The notes: a model not told the origin generated them from the sequence alone. Shown: positions 18,584-29,327, counted from the stretch's first letter. The stretch: 64,000 nt of DNA from Haloplanus sp. (GCF_028275055.1 NZ_JAQCNJ010000072.1:4508-68507), one strand, 5' to 3'. Numbers and translations: made by a program.

Positions 18584-19201
18584 GTGAACCGGCGTCGATT
18601 CCTGTTGGGAACGAGCCTCGCGCTGTCCGGGAGCGCAGCCGCAAGCGGCGTCGGCGCGTTCACCGCGTCGACCATGGCCCGGTCGGCCGAAATCAGTGTC
18701 GTTGACGACACCGACGGCCTGATCGGCCTGGTGCCGAACCCGGATCTCTCGACGGTCGGGCTCTCCGACGGCGAGTTGCAGTTCGATCCCGACATCAACG
18801 TCGACTCGATCTACCAGTTCGGCGCGTTCGTGGAGGGTGGCACCGATCCGACGCCCGGCACGTTCGATCTGGTCACCGCGCCCGCGCCGAGCGACCGCTC
18901 GGGCGACTCAAGCCTTCGGTCGGCGTTCGCCATCGCCAACAACACCGCGAACACAAAGCAACTCGACTGCGAGGTGGGGTTTAGGAGGGGCGATGACGCC
19001 GACACGCGGGTGTTTTTCCAGTTCCACGACGACGGCTCGCAGACGGGGAGCCTGCTTACCGCCAACGGTGGCGGCCGCACGCTCGAGTACACCCTTTCCC
19101 CCGGCGATCACGTCGGCGTCTCGTTTCTCGCGAACGCACTGGGTGTCAGCGAACCCGAAAACGTCTCGGTGACGCTTTCGATCAGCGCGAACGCGACCTG
19201 A
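18584..19201 (+). CDS. DUF1102-like secreted protein, paralog
   Basis: MNRRRFLLG...SGVGA-FTASTMARSAEISVVDD; shares YQ(L/F)GA and SAFxIxNN with 17771. Confidence 0.85.
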   Translation: MNRRRFLLGTSLALSGSAAASGVGAFTASTMARSAEISVVDDTDGLIGLVPNPDLSTVGLSDGELQFDPDINVDSIYQFGAFVEGGTDPTPGTFDLVTAPAPSDRSGDSSLRSAFAIANNTANTKQLDCEVGFRRGDDADTRVFFQFHDDGSQTGSLLTANGGGRTLEYTLSPGDHVGVSFLANALGVSEPENVSVTLSISANAT

Positions 19202-19254
19202 TCGCTTCTCACAAAACATTTATTATTATGCAGAATATGACAGATATTTAAGAT

Positions 19255-20415
19255 ATGGCCTCGATCGGACGGATGGTCTCGGCGTCGCTGGAGATCGTCG
19301 CCGTGTTCGTGATTCTCGTTCTCGTCGTGGGGCAGGCGATCGGTGGGCCGGTTGTTCTCGGGTTCGTCCGGACGGGAAGCATGCAGCCGGCGCTTGACCC
19401 GGGCGACGGATTTCTGGCGGTCCCGATCGAGGTGGCTGGTCCGGTCGAATCGGGCGACGTGATCGTCTTCCGCGCCGAGGAGATTCAGGGCGGCGGACTC
19501 ACCACCCACCGTGTCGTCGGCGAGACGGAACGCGGATACGTCACTAGAGGTGACAACAACGCCGTCACGGATCAGGATAGCGGCGAGCCACCGGTAAAGA
19601 ACGGTCAGATCGTCTCGAAGGTCGTACGACTGAACGGACAGGTGCTTGTCCTCCCACACTTGGGTGACGCCACGTCGTCCGTTCAGGAAACGGCGGTGAA
19701 CGCTCAGCGACGCCTCGCGGTCTTTCTCGGGGTCGGCTCGATTCTCGGAACGACTGGGGGATTCTCGGTCCTCGCAGCCATCGTGTTCGCGTTGTATCTC
19801 GTTGATACGATCCGAAATGGTCGCGGGCGGTCACGCGACCGAGGTCGGACGCGGAGCCGGGAGTTCGGGCTGGATCCGCGCCTCGTCGTCGGCGCGTTGA
19901 CGCTCATCCTCCTCCTCGGGTTGACGCTGCCGATGGCTGTGCCGTCCGGGACAGAACGGATCGATTTCGTGAGTGCGAGCTTCGAGTCGGAACGCCCGAC
20001 CGTCATCCAAACCGGCGAGTCGAAGGGACACGACCGACGGCTCTCCAACGCCGGACTGCTCCCGACAAAGGTGTACGTCAAGGCACCCGACGACGACGTC
20101 GACGTCGAACCCGGCGAGGTCCGACTGGCACCCGACAGCGAGACGAACGTCACGGTGACGCTCCACGCTCCCGACTCGACCGGTGGGTACCACCGCTTCG
20201 TCTCGCATTACCACTATCTCGCCGTTCTCCCGGACTCGATGCTCGACTCACTCTACCGGTGGCACCCGTGGCTCCCGATCATCGTCATCGACGCGCTGAT
20301 GGGCGTCCCCTTCTACGTCGTCGGGTGTCGGCTCCTCGGACGCGAACGGATCGGAGGGCGCTCGCGTGACCGACCCGGTTCCCTCCGTACGAGACTCCGG
20401 CGGTTCGTCCGGTGA
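19255..20415 (+). CDS. Signal peptidase I, SipW/S26B type, with C-terminal TM and Ig-like extension
   Basis: TGSMQP (Ser), TTHRVV (His), TRGDNN; AT-rich promoter at 19215-19252. Confidence 0.92.
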   Translation: MASIGRMVSASLEIVAVFVILVLVVGQAIGGPVVLGFVRTGSMQPALDPGDGFLAVPIEVAGPVESGDVIVFRAEEIQGGGLTTHRVVGETERGYVTRGDNNAVTDQDSGEPPVKNGQIVSKVVRLNGQVLVLPHLGDATSSVQETAVNAQRRLAVFLGVGSILGTTGGFSVLAAIVFALYLVDTIRNGRGRSRDRGRTRSREFGLDPRLVVGALTLILLLGLTLPMAVPSGTERIDFVSASFESERPTVIQTGESKGHDRRLSNAGLLPTKVYVKAPDDDVDVEPGEVRLAPDSETNVTVTLHAPDSTGGYHRFVSHYHYLAVLPDSMLDSLYRWHPWLPIIVIDALMGVPFYVVGCRLLGRERIGGRSRDRPGSLRTRLRRFVR

Positions 20416-20428
20416 CCGTGCGGTTCGT

Positions 20429-21001
20429 TCAGTCGTCCGGGGTCGGCAGCCCCACGGTGTTTCGGTCCGACGACACCCACCGGTCGTATCCAACCGACAG
20501 CAAGGCCCCGATTCCGAGACACGCAACCGCCCCGAACGCGATAATCGGCCCTCCGTCCGGGCCCGGGAACGTGCCCGACCGGAGGACAAGCGCCGAGAAC
20601 ACCGTGCTCACACCGAGGACGACGGACATCGCAGAGGACATCCGTGTTTCGCCATCGGCTCCGACCGACACCTCTAACTCCGTTCCGAGGTCGGTGAGTG
20701 TGACCGTTCCACACCGCCTGTCGAACTCGACAAAGCCCAGTTCGTCCATCTTGGGCAGATGTAACTGGTAGAGCGACGTCTGAACGGACTTGCGTTCGTC
20801 GTAACTGACCTCGCCCGCCGGCTTGTCGTGTTCCCACCCCGCGATGCTGGTTGCGAGGTCGCCGAGCTCGACGCTGTCTTTGTCTGTGCTTTTCAGATAT
20901 CCCAGTACCAACCGCCGACGTTCGTTTCCGAGAACGGAGAACACGTCATCAAGCAACACGCCATAGTCATCAAACACCTCACGTGTGGGTGTCCCCCCCA
21001 T
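20429..21001 (-). CDS. Membrane-tethered winged-HTH regulator (DUF7344-like), second copy
   Basis: VFSVLGNERRR...RKSVQTSLYQLHLPKMDELGFVEFD plus two TM helices. Confidence 0.85.
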   Translation of the reverse strand: MGGTPTREVFDDYGVLLDDVFSVLGNERRRLVLGYLKSTDKDSVELGDLATSIAGWEHDKPAGEVSYDERKSVQTSLYQLHLPKMDELGFVEFDRRCGTVTLTDLGTELEVSVGADGETRMSSAMSVVLGVSTVFSALVLRSGTFPGPDGGPIIAFGAVACLGIGALLSVGYDRWVSSDRNTVGLPTPDD

Positions 21002-21415
21002 AGAACGTATTATTGATACCAATCCTACATCTTTAATATTCCGACGACCCGTAGTCGCGTTCGATCTGGTCTTGTGCGCCGGTGGATGGGTGGACACGGC
21101 GTATAGAAGGGCGTTAAATAATATTATTACATCCGAATAAACGTATTTATGATACCCGTGCGTCCAATTTTTTGTGGAGGTGACCGACGTACGAACACGC
21201 AACACCGGCAGAATACAACACACCACCACTGCCAAATGAGGCTTGGTCAGTCTCTAGCGTACCACGTTTGGGCATATCCCTGTTCAGTTCGTGGTCGGCG
21301 CTCGCCCTTGCCCCGGCGGAGCGCCGCCGTTTTTGATTCCCCCGTTTCGTGTCGATCGTTGTGCTCGCCGAGCGACACCTAAACTCTTTAACCGGGACTG
21401 GCCCAACGAGTGCCC

Positions 21416-22333
21416 ATGGCCGCAATCGATCTTGACGGCGTGACCAAACGGTTCGGCGACGTCACCGCCGTCTCCGACCTCGACCTCACGGTCCCCGAGG
21501 GCGAGGTGTTCGGCTTTCTCGGCCCGAACGGCGCGGGAAAGTCGACGACGATCAACATGTTGCTCGATTTCGTCCGCCCCAGCGCCGGCGAGGTGCGCGT
21601 TCTCGGTCTGGACGCGGAACGAAACAGCGTCGCGGTGCGGCGGCGTACCGGTGTGTTGCCGGAGGGATACGGCGTGTACGACCGTCTCACCGGCCGGAAA
21701 CACGTCGAATTCGCAGTACGATCCAAGGAGGTCGACGCCGACCCCGACGCGTTGCTGGATCGAGTCGGCATCGCCGACGCCGCCGACCGAGCGGCCGGTG
21801 GCTACTCCAAGGGGATGCGTCAACGACTCGTTCTCGCGATGGCACTGGTCGGTGACCCCGACCTGCTCATTCTCGACGAACCCTCCTCGGGGTTGGACCC
21901 CGGCGGCGCACGCGAGATGCGCGACATCGTCCGTGCCGAGGCCGACCGCGGCGCGACGGTCTTTTTCTCCAGTCACGTTCTCGGTCAGGTCGAGGCCGTC
22001 TGTGACCGGGTCGGCATTCTACGCGAGGGCGAACTCGTCGCCAAGGACAGCATCGAGGGCCTGCGCGAGGCGGTCGACGGCGGTGAGACACTGTCGGTCA
22101 CCGTCGACGCCGCGAGCGAGGCCGACCTCGAAGCCGTGCGGGCACTCGGCGGTGTGACCGCCGCCTCGACCGACGGCGGAACGGTCACCGTTTCCTGTGA
22201 GGCCGACGCCAAAACGGCGGTTATCGGCGCATTGGAGGAGGCCGACGTGACGGTGAAAGATTTCCAGACCGAGGAAACCTCGCTAGAGGACCTGTTCATC
22301 GCCTACACGGAGGGTACGGAGGTGTCGGCGTGA
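21416..22333 (+). CDS. ABC transporter ATP-binding protein (exporter type)
   Basis: [26 protein letters not shown]. Confidence 0.95.
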   Translation: MAAIDLDGVTKRFGDVTAVSDLDLTVPEGEVFGFLGPNGAGKSTTINMLLDFVRPSAGEVRVLGLDAERNSVAVRRRTGVLPEGYGVYDRLTGRKHVEFAVRSKEVDADPDALLDRVGIADAADRAAGGYSKGMRQRLVLAMALVGDPDLLILDEPSSGLDPGGAREMRDIVRAEADRGATVFFSSHVLGQVEAVCDRVGILREGELVAKDSIEGLREAVDGGETLSVTVDAASEADLEAVRALGGVTAASTDGGTVTVSCEADAKTAVIGALEEADVTVKDFQTEETSLEDLFIAYTEGTEVSA

Positions 22334-23154
22334 CCTGGAACGCCGTCGCGCGCAAGGACTTCGAGGACGCCGTCCGGTCGCGGTGGGTCGCCGGACTGTC
22401 GGTGTTGTTCGTTCTGTTGGTGGCGGCCGCGGCGTATCTCGTGCGGCCGGCCCCCGGCGAGTCGTTCAGTTCGAACGCGGTGCTCAACTCGATTTTCATC
22501 CGCGACGCCCTCGTGACGACGCTCGTGCCCCTGATCGCGCTGATCGTCGCCTACAACGCCGTTGTCGGCGAACGCGAGTCGGGATCGCTGAAACTCCTGC
22601 TCTCGCTTCCCCACTCCCGGGCCGACGTCGTCTTCGGCAAGGTGATCGGCCGATCGGGCGCCATCGCCGCCCCCATCGCAGTCGGCTTTCTCCTGCCGGC
22701 ACTCGTTTTTGTGATCGTTCCCTCGATCACCTTCGACGCGGCGTCGTATCTCGGCTACACGCTGTTGACGGCGGTGCTGGGCGTGGCATTTGTCAGCATC
22801 GCCGTCGGTTTCTCGACGGCGGCGTCGTCGAGCAGGCGGGCGATCGCCGGCGCGGTCGGGATCTACTTTCTTTTCGTCCCGTTGTGGGGGGCGGTTCAGT
22901 TCCGGCTTCGGTTCTATTTCGGGGCCGGCGGCGCGCCGTCGTGGCTCCCCCTCACCGGACAGGAGGTGCTGCGGATGCTCAGACTGATCAACCCGACCGG
23001 TTCGTTCAAAATCGTCTCCAACGCCTTTCTGCAGGGAGGGCTGTACACACAGGGCGACGTGAACATGCAGGTGTCGGCAACGCTCATGCTTCTCGTGTGG
23101 ATTCTCGTCCCGCCGCTTCTGGGACTGCTGTGGTTCCGCGAGGCCGACCTATAA
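22330..23154 (+). CDS. ABC-2/NosY-like permease
   Basis: ERESGSLKLLLSLPHSRADVVFGK; about six TMs; GTGA overlap with ATPase. Confidence 0.92.
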   Translation: MTWNAVARKDFEDAVRSRWVAGLSVLFVLLVAAAAYLVRPAPGESFSSNAVLNSIFIRDALVTTLVPLIALIVAYNAVVGERESGSLKLLLSLPHSRADVVFGKVIGRSGAIAAPIAVGFLLPALVFVIVPSITFDAASYLGYTLLTAVLGVAFVSIAVGFSTAASSSRRAIAGAVGIYFLFVPLWGAVQFRLRFYFGAGGAPSWLPLTGQEVLRMLRLINPTGSFKIVSNAFLQGGLYTQGDVNMQVSATLMLLVWILVPPLLGLLWFREADL

Positions 23155-24258
23155 CCCCGCCGCGTCCTCGATGGCGTCGGTTAGCGTTTCAATGCCCTCG
23201 ACCGTGTGTTCGCCCATGTGACCGATGCGAAACGTCTCCTCAGCAATCTCGCCGTACCCGTTCGAGAACACCATGTCGTGGCGGTCCGAGACGGTTTCGA
23301 TGGTCTCGGCGACGTCGATACCCCGCGTGTTCTCGATACAGGCCACCGTCTGGGATTCGTACCCCTCCTCGGGGTAGAGATCAAAGTGTTCGCGTGCCCA
23401 GTCGCGGGTGTACTCGGCCATCTCGCGGTGGCGCCGGTCGCGTGCCTCGTGGCCTTCCTCCAACATGTGTTTCATCTGTTTCCGGTAGGCGAGCATGATC
23501 GGGATGGCCGGCGTGGAGTGGGTCTGTCCTTTCCGGTCGTAGTAGTCGAGACACCGTTGAAACCCGCCGTACCACGACGCCGAGTCGCTTTCTGTCTCCT
23601 GCTCGTAGGCGTCCTCGCTGACGACACAAACCACGAGTCCTGGGGGCATGGCGAAGGCCTTCTGGGTCGACGCAAAGATGACGTCGATCCCGTGGGCGTC
23701 GATGTCGACGTGGTCGCCGCCGAGTGCAGACACCGCGTCGACGACAAAGCGGGTGTCCGGATACTCGGCGACGACGTCGCCGATCTCTTCGATCGGGTTC
23801 CGGACGCCGGTCGAACTCTCGTTCATCACGCAGGTGACGACGTCGTAGTCGACCTCGCTGCGCTCGAGTCGCCGGCGCACGTCCTCCGGTTTGACGGCGT
23901 TCCCCCAGTCGTACGCCAACCTGTCGACGGTTTTGCCCACCCGCTCGGCCACCTTCGCGTGGCGCTCACCGAAGTTGCCACAGGTGGTACAGAGGATATG
24001 CTCGTCGACGAGGTTGAGCGTCGACGCCTCCCAGAACTCCGTTCCGGACGCCGTGAGAACGATAACGTCGTTGTCGGTGCCCAGAAACGTTCTCGTATCC
24101 TCGACGATGGTGGTGTAGAGATCCGTCATCCGGTCCATGCGGTGCCCGAACATCGGTTCGGCCATCGCGTCGATAACGTCCTCGCGGACCTCGGTCGGAC
24201 CCGGGATGTACAGCGTCTTGTCGGGGTAGTCGCCCGTGTACTCGCGTTCAGTCGTCAT
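23149..24258 (-). CDS. Class V PLP aminotransferase (archaeal phosphoserine/serine-pyruvate aminotransferase-like)
   Basis: IPGPT, NESSTG, VDAVS, STQKAFAMPPG, FRIGHMG. Confidence 0.93.
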   Translation of the reverse strand: MTTEREYTGDYPDKTLYIPGPTEVREDVIDAMAEPMFGHRMDRMTDLYTTIVEDTRTFLGTDNDVIVLTASGTEFWEASTLNLVDEHILCTTCGNFGERHAKVAERVGKTVDRLAYDWGNAVKPEDVRRRLERSEVDYDVVTCVMNESSTGVRNPIEEIGDVVAEYPDTRFVVDAVSALGGDHVDIDAHGIDVIFASTQKAFAMPPGLVVCVVSEDAYEQETESDSASWYGGFQRCLDYYDRKGQTHSTPAIPIMLAYRKQMKHMLEEGHEARDRRHREMAEYTRDWAREHFDLYPEEGYESQTVACIENTRGIDVAETIETVSDRHDMVFSNGYGEIAEETFRIGHMGEHTVEGIETLTDAIEDAAGL

Positions 24259-24373
24259 CCGGTAGAAAATATCGTGTGGCGAGACGGCATGGTCCTTTTG
24301 CCGGACCACACCGACCGACGCGGCACCGCGTAACTACCGGTTATAAGTTCTTTCGGGAATATGCACTACGCAC

Positions 24374-25636
24374 ATGACCGACGGTTTTCACACCCGGAGC
24401 CTCCACGCCGGGCAGGAGCCCGACCCGGCGACAGGTTCGCGCGCGCCACCCATCTACCAGACCACGTCGTACGTTTTCGACGACGCCGCCGACGCGGCCG
24501 AGCGGTTCAGCCTCGAGGTCGAGGACAACATCTACTCGCGCTTTTCCAACCCGACGACCCGGACGCTCGAACGCCGACTCGCCTCGTTGTCGGGGGGGAC
24601 CGACGCCGTCGCTACCTCCGCCGGGATGGCGGCGCTCGACGCCGCGACGAGCGTTCTCGCGTCGGCCGGCGACAACGTCGTCGCCGCCGCCGACATGTAC
24701 GGTGGGACGAGCACGTACTTCTCGAAGATGGCGTCGCGCCGTGGGATCGAGACCCGACTCGTCGACACGCTCGACTACGACGCCTACGCCGACGCCATCG
24801 ACGACGACACCGCCTTTGTCCACGTCGAGACGCTGGCCAACCCGTCGCTGGTGACCCCCGATATCGAACGCCTCGCCGCGGTGGCCCACGACCGGGCAAC
24901 CCCACTTTTTGTCGACAACACGTTCGCGACACCGTACCTTTGTCGCCCCATCGAACACGGCGCCGACCTCGTGTGGGAGTCGACGACCAAGTGGATCCAC
25001 GGATCGGGGACGACCCTCGGCGGCGTTCTCGTCGACGGTGGTACCTTTCCGTGGGACCACCCCGACGCCGACTATCCGGAACTCGCGGGCGAAAATCCCG
25101 CTTACGGCTTCGACTTCGGCGACCGGTTCGACGACCGGGCGCTCGCGGCCGCCGTCCGCTACCGCTCGGTTCGGAGCCTCGGCAACGGGCAGTCCCCCTT
25201 CGACGCGTGGGTCACGATGCAGGGATTGGAGACGCTCCCCTTGCGGATGGACCGCCACTGTGAAAACGCCCGCATCGTCGCCGAACATCTCGACGACCAC
25301 CCGGCCGTCGACTGGGTGACATATCCCGGCCTCGACACACACGAAACCCACGACGCCGCGAGCGAGTACCTCGACGGCTACGGCGGCATGGTCACCTTCG
25401 GCCTCGCCGACGGCTACGAGGCGGCCAAACAGTTGTGCGAACGGGTCGAGTTGGCGAGTTTCCTCGCCAACATCGGTGACGCAAAGACGCTCGTCGTCCA
25501 TCCCGCCTCCACCACCCACTCGCAGTTGAGCGAGAACGAACAACGGGCGGCGGGTGTCACGCCCGACATGGTCCGTCTCTCGGTCGGACTGGAGGACAGC
25601 GAGGATATCGTCGCGGACCTCGACCGGGGTCTTTGA
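24374..25636 (+). CDS. metY: O-acetylhomoserine aminocarboxypropyltransferase
   Basis: [35 protein letters not shown]. Confidence 0.95.
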   Translation: MTDGFHTRSLHAGQEPDPATGSRAPPIYQTTSYVFDDAADAAERFSLEVEDNIYSRFSNPTTRTLERRLASLSGGTDAVATSAGMAALDAATSVLASAGDNVVAAADMYGGTSTYFSKMASRRGIETRLVDTLDYDAYADAIDDDTAFVHVETLANPSLVTPDIERLAAVAHDRATPLFVDNTFATPYLCRPIEHGADLVWESTTKWIHGSGTTLGGVLVDGGTFPWDHPDADYPELAGENPAYGFDFGDRFDDRALAAAVRYRSVRSLGNGQSPFDAWVTMQGLETLPLRMDRHCENARIVAEHLDDHPAVDWVTYPGLDTHETHDAASEYLDGYGGMVTFGLADGYEAAKQLCERVELASFLANIGDAKTLVVHPASTTHSQLSENEQRAAGVTPDMVRLSVGLEDSEDIVADLDRGL

Positions 25637-26862
25637 TGACGTCGGTCGAGAGCGGGACGCGGAGTCTCGGAACGTTCACCTTCGAGTGTGGCGAATCCGT
25701 CGAGGACCTGCAGGTCGCCTACGAGGCGTACGGCGACTTCGAGGCCGATCCCGAGGGCGGAAGCAACGCCGTTTTGCTCTGTCACGCACTCACCGGGAGC
25801 CAGAACGTCGCCAGCGCGGGCGTCGCCGAGACGGCGGGGCAGGCGCGGGCGTGGTGGAACGACATCGTCGGCCCGGGCAAAGCGATAGACACCACCGAGT
25901 ACTACGTGGTCTGTGCGAACGTTCCCGGCTCCTGTTATGGCTCGTCCGGCCCGCCGGCCGAGCATCCGGAGACCGGCGAACCGTGGGGGACCGACTTTCC
26001 GCCCGTGACCGTCGGCGACTGGACGCGCAGTCAACGGCGCCTGCTCGATGACCTCGGCGTTGGCCGCCTGCACACCGTCGTCGGCGGCAGCGCCGGCGGG
26101 ATGAACGTTCTCGATTGGGCGGTGCAGTACCCCGACGATGTCAGACGGATCGTCCCCGTCGCCGCGGCCGCCCGCCTCGACGCCCAGTGTCTCGGACTCG
26201 ACGCCATCGCACGCCGAGCGATCACGACCGACGACGACTGGCAGGGCGGGGACTACTACGACGGTGACCCGCCCACCGACGGCCTTGCGCTCGCCCGACA
26301 GATCGGCCACGTCATGTACCTCTCGAAGGCCTCGATGGCGGATCGCTTCGGCCGCCGGGCGGCCGGCCGGGACGCAGTACGGTCGTTTCCCGCCGACCGC
26401 GCCGCCGCCTTTTTTCCGTACCGCGAGGTTGAGTCCTACCTCGACTACCAGGCCGAGACGTTCGTCGACCGCTTCGACCCCAACTCCTACCTCTATCTCA
26501 CCCGCGCCATGGACGACTACGACCTCAGCGAGGGGTACGAGAGCGACGCCGACGCTCTCGCGGCCTTCGAGGGGGAGGCGCTGATCATGTCGTTTACCGG
26601 TGACTGGCATTTCACCGTCGCTCAGTCGGAGTCGCTCGCCGAGGCGAGCCGTGAGGCCGGCGTCCCGGTCGCCCACCACGTCGTCCAGTCCGACCACGGC
26701 CACGACGCCTTTCTCGTCGAACCCGAGAAGGTGGGGCCGCCGCTCCGGGACTTTCTGTCGGCGGGACCGGAGGGCCGCGCGATTCACGACACGGTCGAGG
26801 CGGACGAGATCGAGGGGTCCGACGACTTCGCGCCCGTCCACAACTCGTTGTTCGGCGGCTGA
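25633..26862 (+). CDS. metX: Homoserine O-acetyltransferase
   Basis: CHALTG, GGSAGG, HGHDAFL. Confidence 0.95.
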   Translation: MMTSVESGTRSLGTFTFECGESVEDLQVAYEAYGDFEADPEGGSNAVLLCHALTGSQNVASAGVAETAGQARAWWNDIVGPGKAIDTTEYYVVCANVPGSCYGSSGPPAEHPETGEPWGTDFPPVTVGDWTRSQRRLLDDLGVGRLHTVVGGSAGGMNVLDWAVQYPDDVRRIVPVAAAARLDAQCLGLDAIARRAITTDDDWQGGDYYDGDPPTDGLALARQIGHVMYLSKASMADRFGRRAAGRDAVRSFPADRAAAFFPYREVESYLDYQAETFVDRFDPNSYLYLTRAMDDYDLSEGYESDADALAAFEGEALIMSFTGDWHFTVAQSESLAEASREAGVPVAHHVVQSDHGHDAFLVEPEKVGPPLRDFLSAGPEGRAIHDTVEADEIEGSDDFAPVHNSLFGG

Positions 26863-26979
26863 TCCGACCCGTCGACCGCGGTCGGTAGCGATACCCACTC
26901 TACTATGTATGCGAACTGTTGTCTTGGACGTACTCCATAAACGTTAATGGAGATAAGCCACGGAAACTACAACAGAAGA

Positions 26980-28311
26980 ATGTCTGATAAACGTGTTCGG
27001 CGACGGCGGTTCGTCAAAGCGGCAGGCACAGCGGGTATCGTTGGACTCGCCGGTTGTTCCGGCGGTGGCGGTGGCGACGGTGGCGATGGCGGCGACGGTG
27101 GCGATGGCAGCGACGGCGGCGATGGTGGCGACGGTGGCGACATGGACAACGGCGACGGCGGTGACGGTGGCGACGGTGGCGATTCGATCCTCGTCGGCAC
27201 CCTCGCCCCGTTCAGCCAGGGTCTCGGCTGGGTCGGCCCGAACGCCGCCCGCGGCCGCGACGTCGCCCTCGCCGACATCAACGACGCCGGCGTTCTCGGG
27301 AGCGAAATCGAGATCAACGAACAGGACACGGAGACGACGCCGCAGGCGGCGGTTTCGGGGTTCCAGACGCTCAACAACGCCGGCGTGGTGGCCACGCTCG
27401 GTCCGTCGAGTACGGTGATCCCGAACCTGTTCCAGCCGGTCAAGAACGCCGAGCTGCCGATGATCTCCATCTCCGCCGGGACGACACAACTGGACTCCGT
27501 CGGCGGTCCCGACGACTACCTCTGGCGGACGGTCCCGAGCGACGCCATCGCCGGGCGCGCACAGGGCCAGTACGCCCTCGACAACGACTTCACCCAGATG
27601 GCGGTCACATACAAGGACGACAAGGGGTCCCAGAGCTTCTCGGCGGCGGTGGCCGACTACTTCACCAGCCAGGGCGGCGAACAGGTCGCCGACGTGCCCC
27701 TCGCCATCAACTCCGATTCCTACCGCAGCGAAATCCAGCAGATCGCCGACTCCGGCGCCGACGTCATCTCGATGACCGCCGGAACCGAGGTGTCGGCGCT
27801 GTTCATGCGGAACTACATCGAGGCCGGCCTCGACATCCCCGTGTTCATCGGGAACGACGTCGTTACGGCCGACTTCATCGAGCGCGTCGGTGCCGACGTG
27901 ATGGCCGAGAACCCGATCTTCGGGCAGGCCCCCGCGCCCGGTCCGGCGTACAACCAGTTCGAGCAGGCACACCGCGACATGCACGACCAGGCACCGGGCA
28001 CGTTCGGTGCCGCGGGCTACGACGCGATGAATATCATCGCGCTGGCGGCCCAGCGCGCCGGCGAGGCCAGTCGCCAAGCCATCACGGACAACATCAACCC
28101 GGTGGCGCGTCCCGATGGGACCGAGGTGTCGACGTTCTCCGAGGGGAAGGCGGAACTCGAGGCCGGCAACGAGATCAACTACCAGGGCGCCTCGAACCCA
28201 CAGGACTTCAACGAGAACGGCGACCCGGTCGGGCCGTTCTCGGTTCTCGAAGTCTCGGACGGGTCGTGGACCGAGGTGTCGACGTTCTCGGCCGAAGATC
28301 TGACCTCGTAA
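26980..28311 (+). CDS. Liv-type ABC substrate-binding Tat lipoprotein
   Basis: RRRFVK...LAGC lipobox; RTVPSD, YDA motifs. Confidence 0.93.
   Translation: MSDKRVRRRRFVKAAGTAGIVGLAGCSGGGGGDGGDGGDGGDGSDGGDGGDGGDMDNGDGGDGGDGGDSILVGTLAPFSQGLGWVGPNAARGRDVALADINDAGVLGSEIEINEQDTETTPQAAVSGFQTLNNAGVVATLGPSSTVIPNLFQPVKNAELPMISISAGTTQLDSVGGPDDYLWRTVPSDAIAGRAQGQYALDNDFTQMAVTYKDDKGSQSFSAAVADYFTSQGGEQVADVPLAINSDSYRSEIQQIADSGADVISMTAGTEVSALFMRNYIEAGLDIPVFIGNDVVTADFIERVGADVMAENPIFGQAPAPGPAYNQFEQAHRDMHDQAPGTFGAAGYDAMNIIALAAQRAGEASRQAITDNINPVARPDGTEVSTFSEGKAELEAGNEINYQGASNPQDFNENGDPVGPFSVLEVSDGSWTEVSTFSAEDLTS
27061..27183 (+). repeat. GGCGACGGT-type 9-bp repeat encoding a Gly-Gly-Asp linker
   Basis: (GGD)n stretch after the lipobox. 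Confidence 0.9.
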
Positions 28312-28379
28312 CGACCGCCTGCACCGTTCACAGACGACCACACTACTATTAATATTCCACACATGCACCACACGGATCC

Positions 28380-29321
28380 ATGGCACTCGTAGACCTCCTG
28401 TTGGTCGTCGGCATCATCGCCGGCGTCTACTCGTTGTTAGCGATCGGTATGAACATGCACTGGGGCGACACCGGCCTCCTGAACTTCGCCCACGCGGGCT
28501 TTTTTGCGGTCGGTGCGTACACGTCCGCGATACTCACGACGCCGCCGGCGACCGGCAGCCTCGCGACGCGAGTCGTCGGGTTCGACCTCCCCATCGTCGT
28601 CGGCTTGCTCGCGGGGACCGTTCTCGCCGGCCTCGTCGGCGTGTTGATCGCCCTCCCGAGCGTTCGCTTGGAAGGTGACTACCTCGCGATAGTGACGTTG
28701 AGTGCCGCGGAGCTCATCCGGTTGTTGATCCACAACGAGGCGTGGCTGACGACGGGGGCCCAGACGCTGAAGAACATCCCCCGACCGCTCGACGCCACGA
28801 TCCCGTTCAGCTACGACCTCTTTTACTTCGTCCTCGTGTGGGCGCTCGTCGGCGTCTGCTACCTGTTGTTCGAACGGCTCTCGTCCAGTCCGTTCGGGCG
28901 GGTGCTCCATGCCATCCGCGAGAACGACGACGTGCCGCTGGCACTCGGGAAGAACACCTACGTCTTCAAACTGAAGTCGTTCGGCATCGGCGCGGCCATC
29001 GCCGGCCTCGCCGGCGGCCTCTGGGCGCACTACGTCTACGCCATCTCGTCGATCATGTTCCTGCCCAGCATCACCTTCCTGATCTGGGCGGCCGTCATCA
29101 TCGGCGGTGCTGGGAGTTACACCGGCGCGATCCTCGGAGCCAGCGTCATCGTGTTCCTCCGACAGATCACGCGGTTCATCCCCGGCGACGTCCCCTTCGG
29201 CGACCAACTTTCCTACATCCGACTGATGGTCGTCGGCGTGGTGTTGATCCTCGTTCTCTACTACCGGCCCCAGGGTCTGCTCGGCGATGCCGAGCGGTTG
29301 CAGGCCGGCACCTCGGAGTGA
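28380..29321 (+). CDS. livM: Branched-chain amino acid-type ABC permease (LivM-like)
   Basis: GLLNFAHAGFFAVGAY, GDYLAIVTL, SPFGRVLHAIRE. Confidence 0.9.
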   Translation: MALVDLLLVVGIIAGVYSLLAIGMNMHWGDTGLLNFAHAGFFAVGAYTSAILTTPPATGSLATRVVGFDLPIVVGLLAGTVLAGLVGVLIALPSVRLEGDYLAIVTLSAAELIRLLIHNEAWLTTGAQTLKNIPRPLDATIPFSYDLFYFVLVWALVGVCYLLFERLSSSPFGRVLHAIRENDDVPLALGKNTYVFKLKSFGIGAAIAGLAGGLWAHYVYAISSIMFLPSITFLIWAAVIIGGAGSYTGAILGASVIVFLRQITRFIPGDVPFGDQLSYIRLMVVGVVLILVLYYRPQGLLGDAERLQAGTSE

Positions 29322-29327
29322 GTCTCT

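Noticed and set aside
27061-27183. 9-bp GGCGACGGT-like repeat array
   Set aside because: Encodes the common Gly/Asp linker of haloarchaeal lipoproteins; no spacers, so not CRISPR
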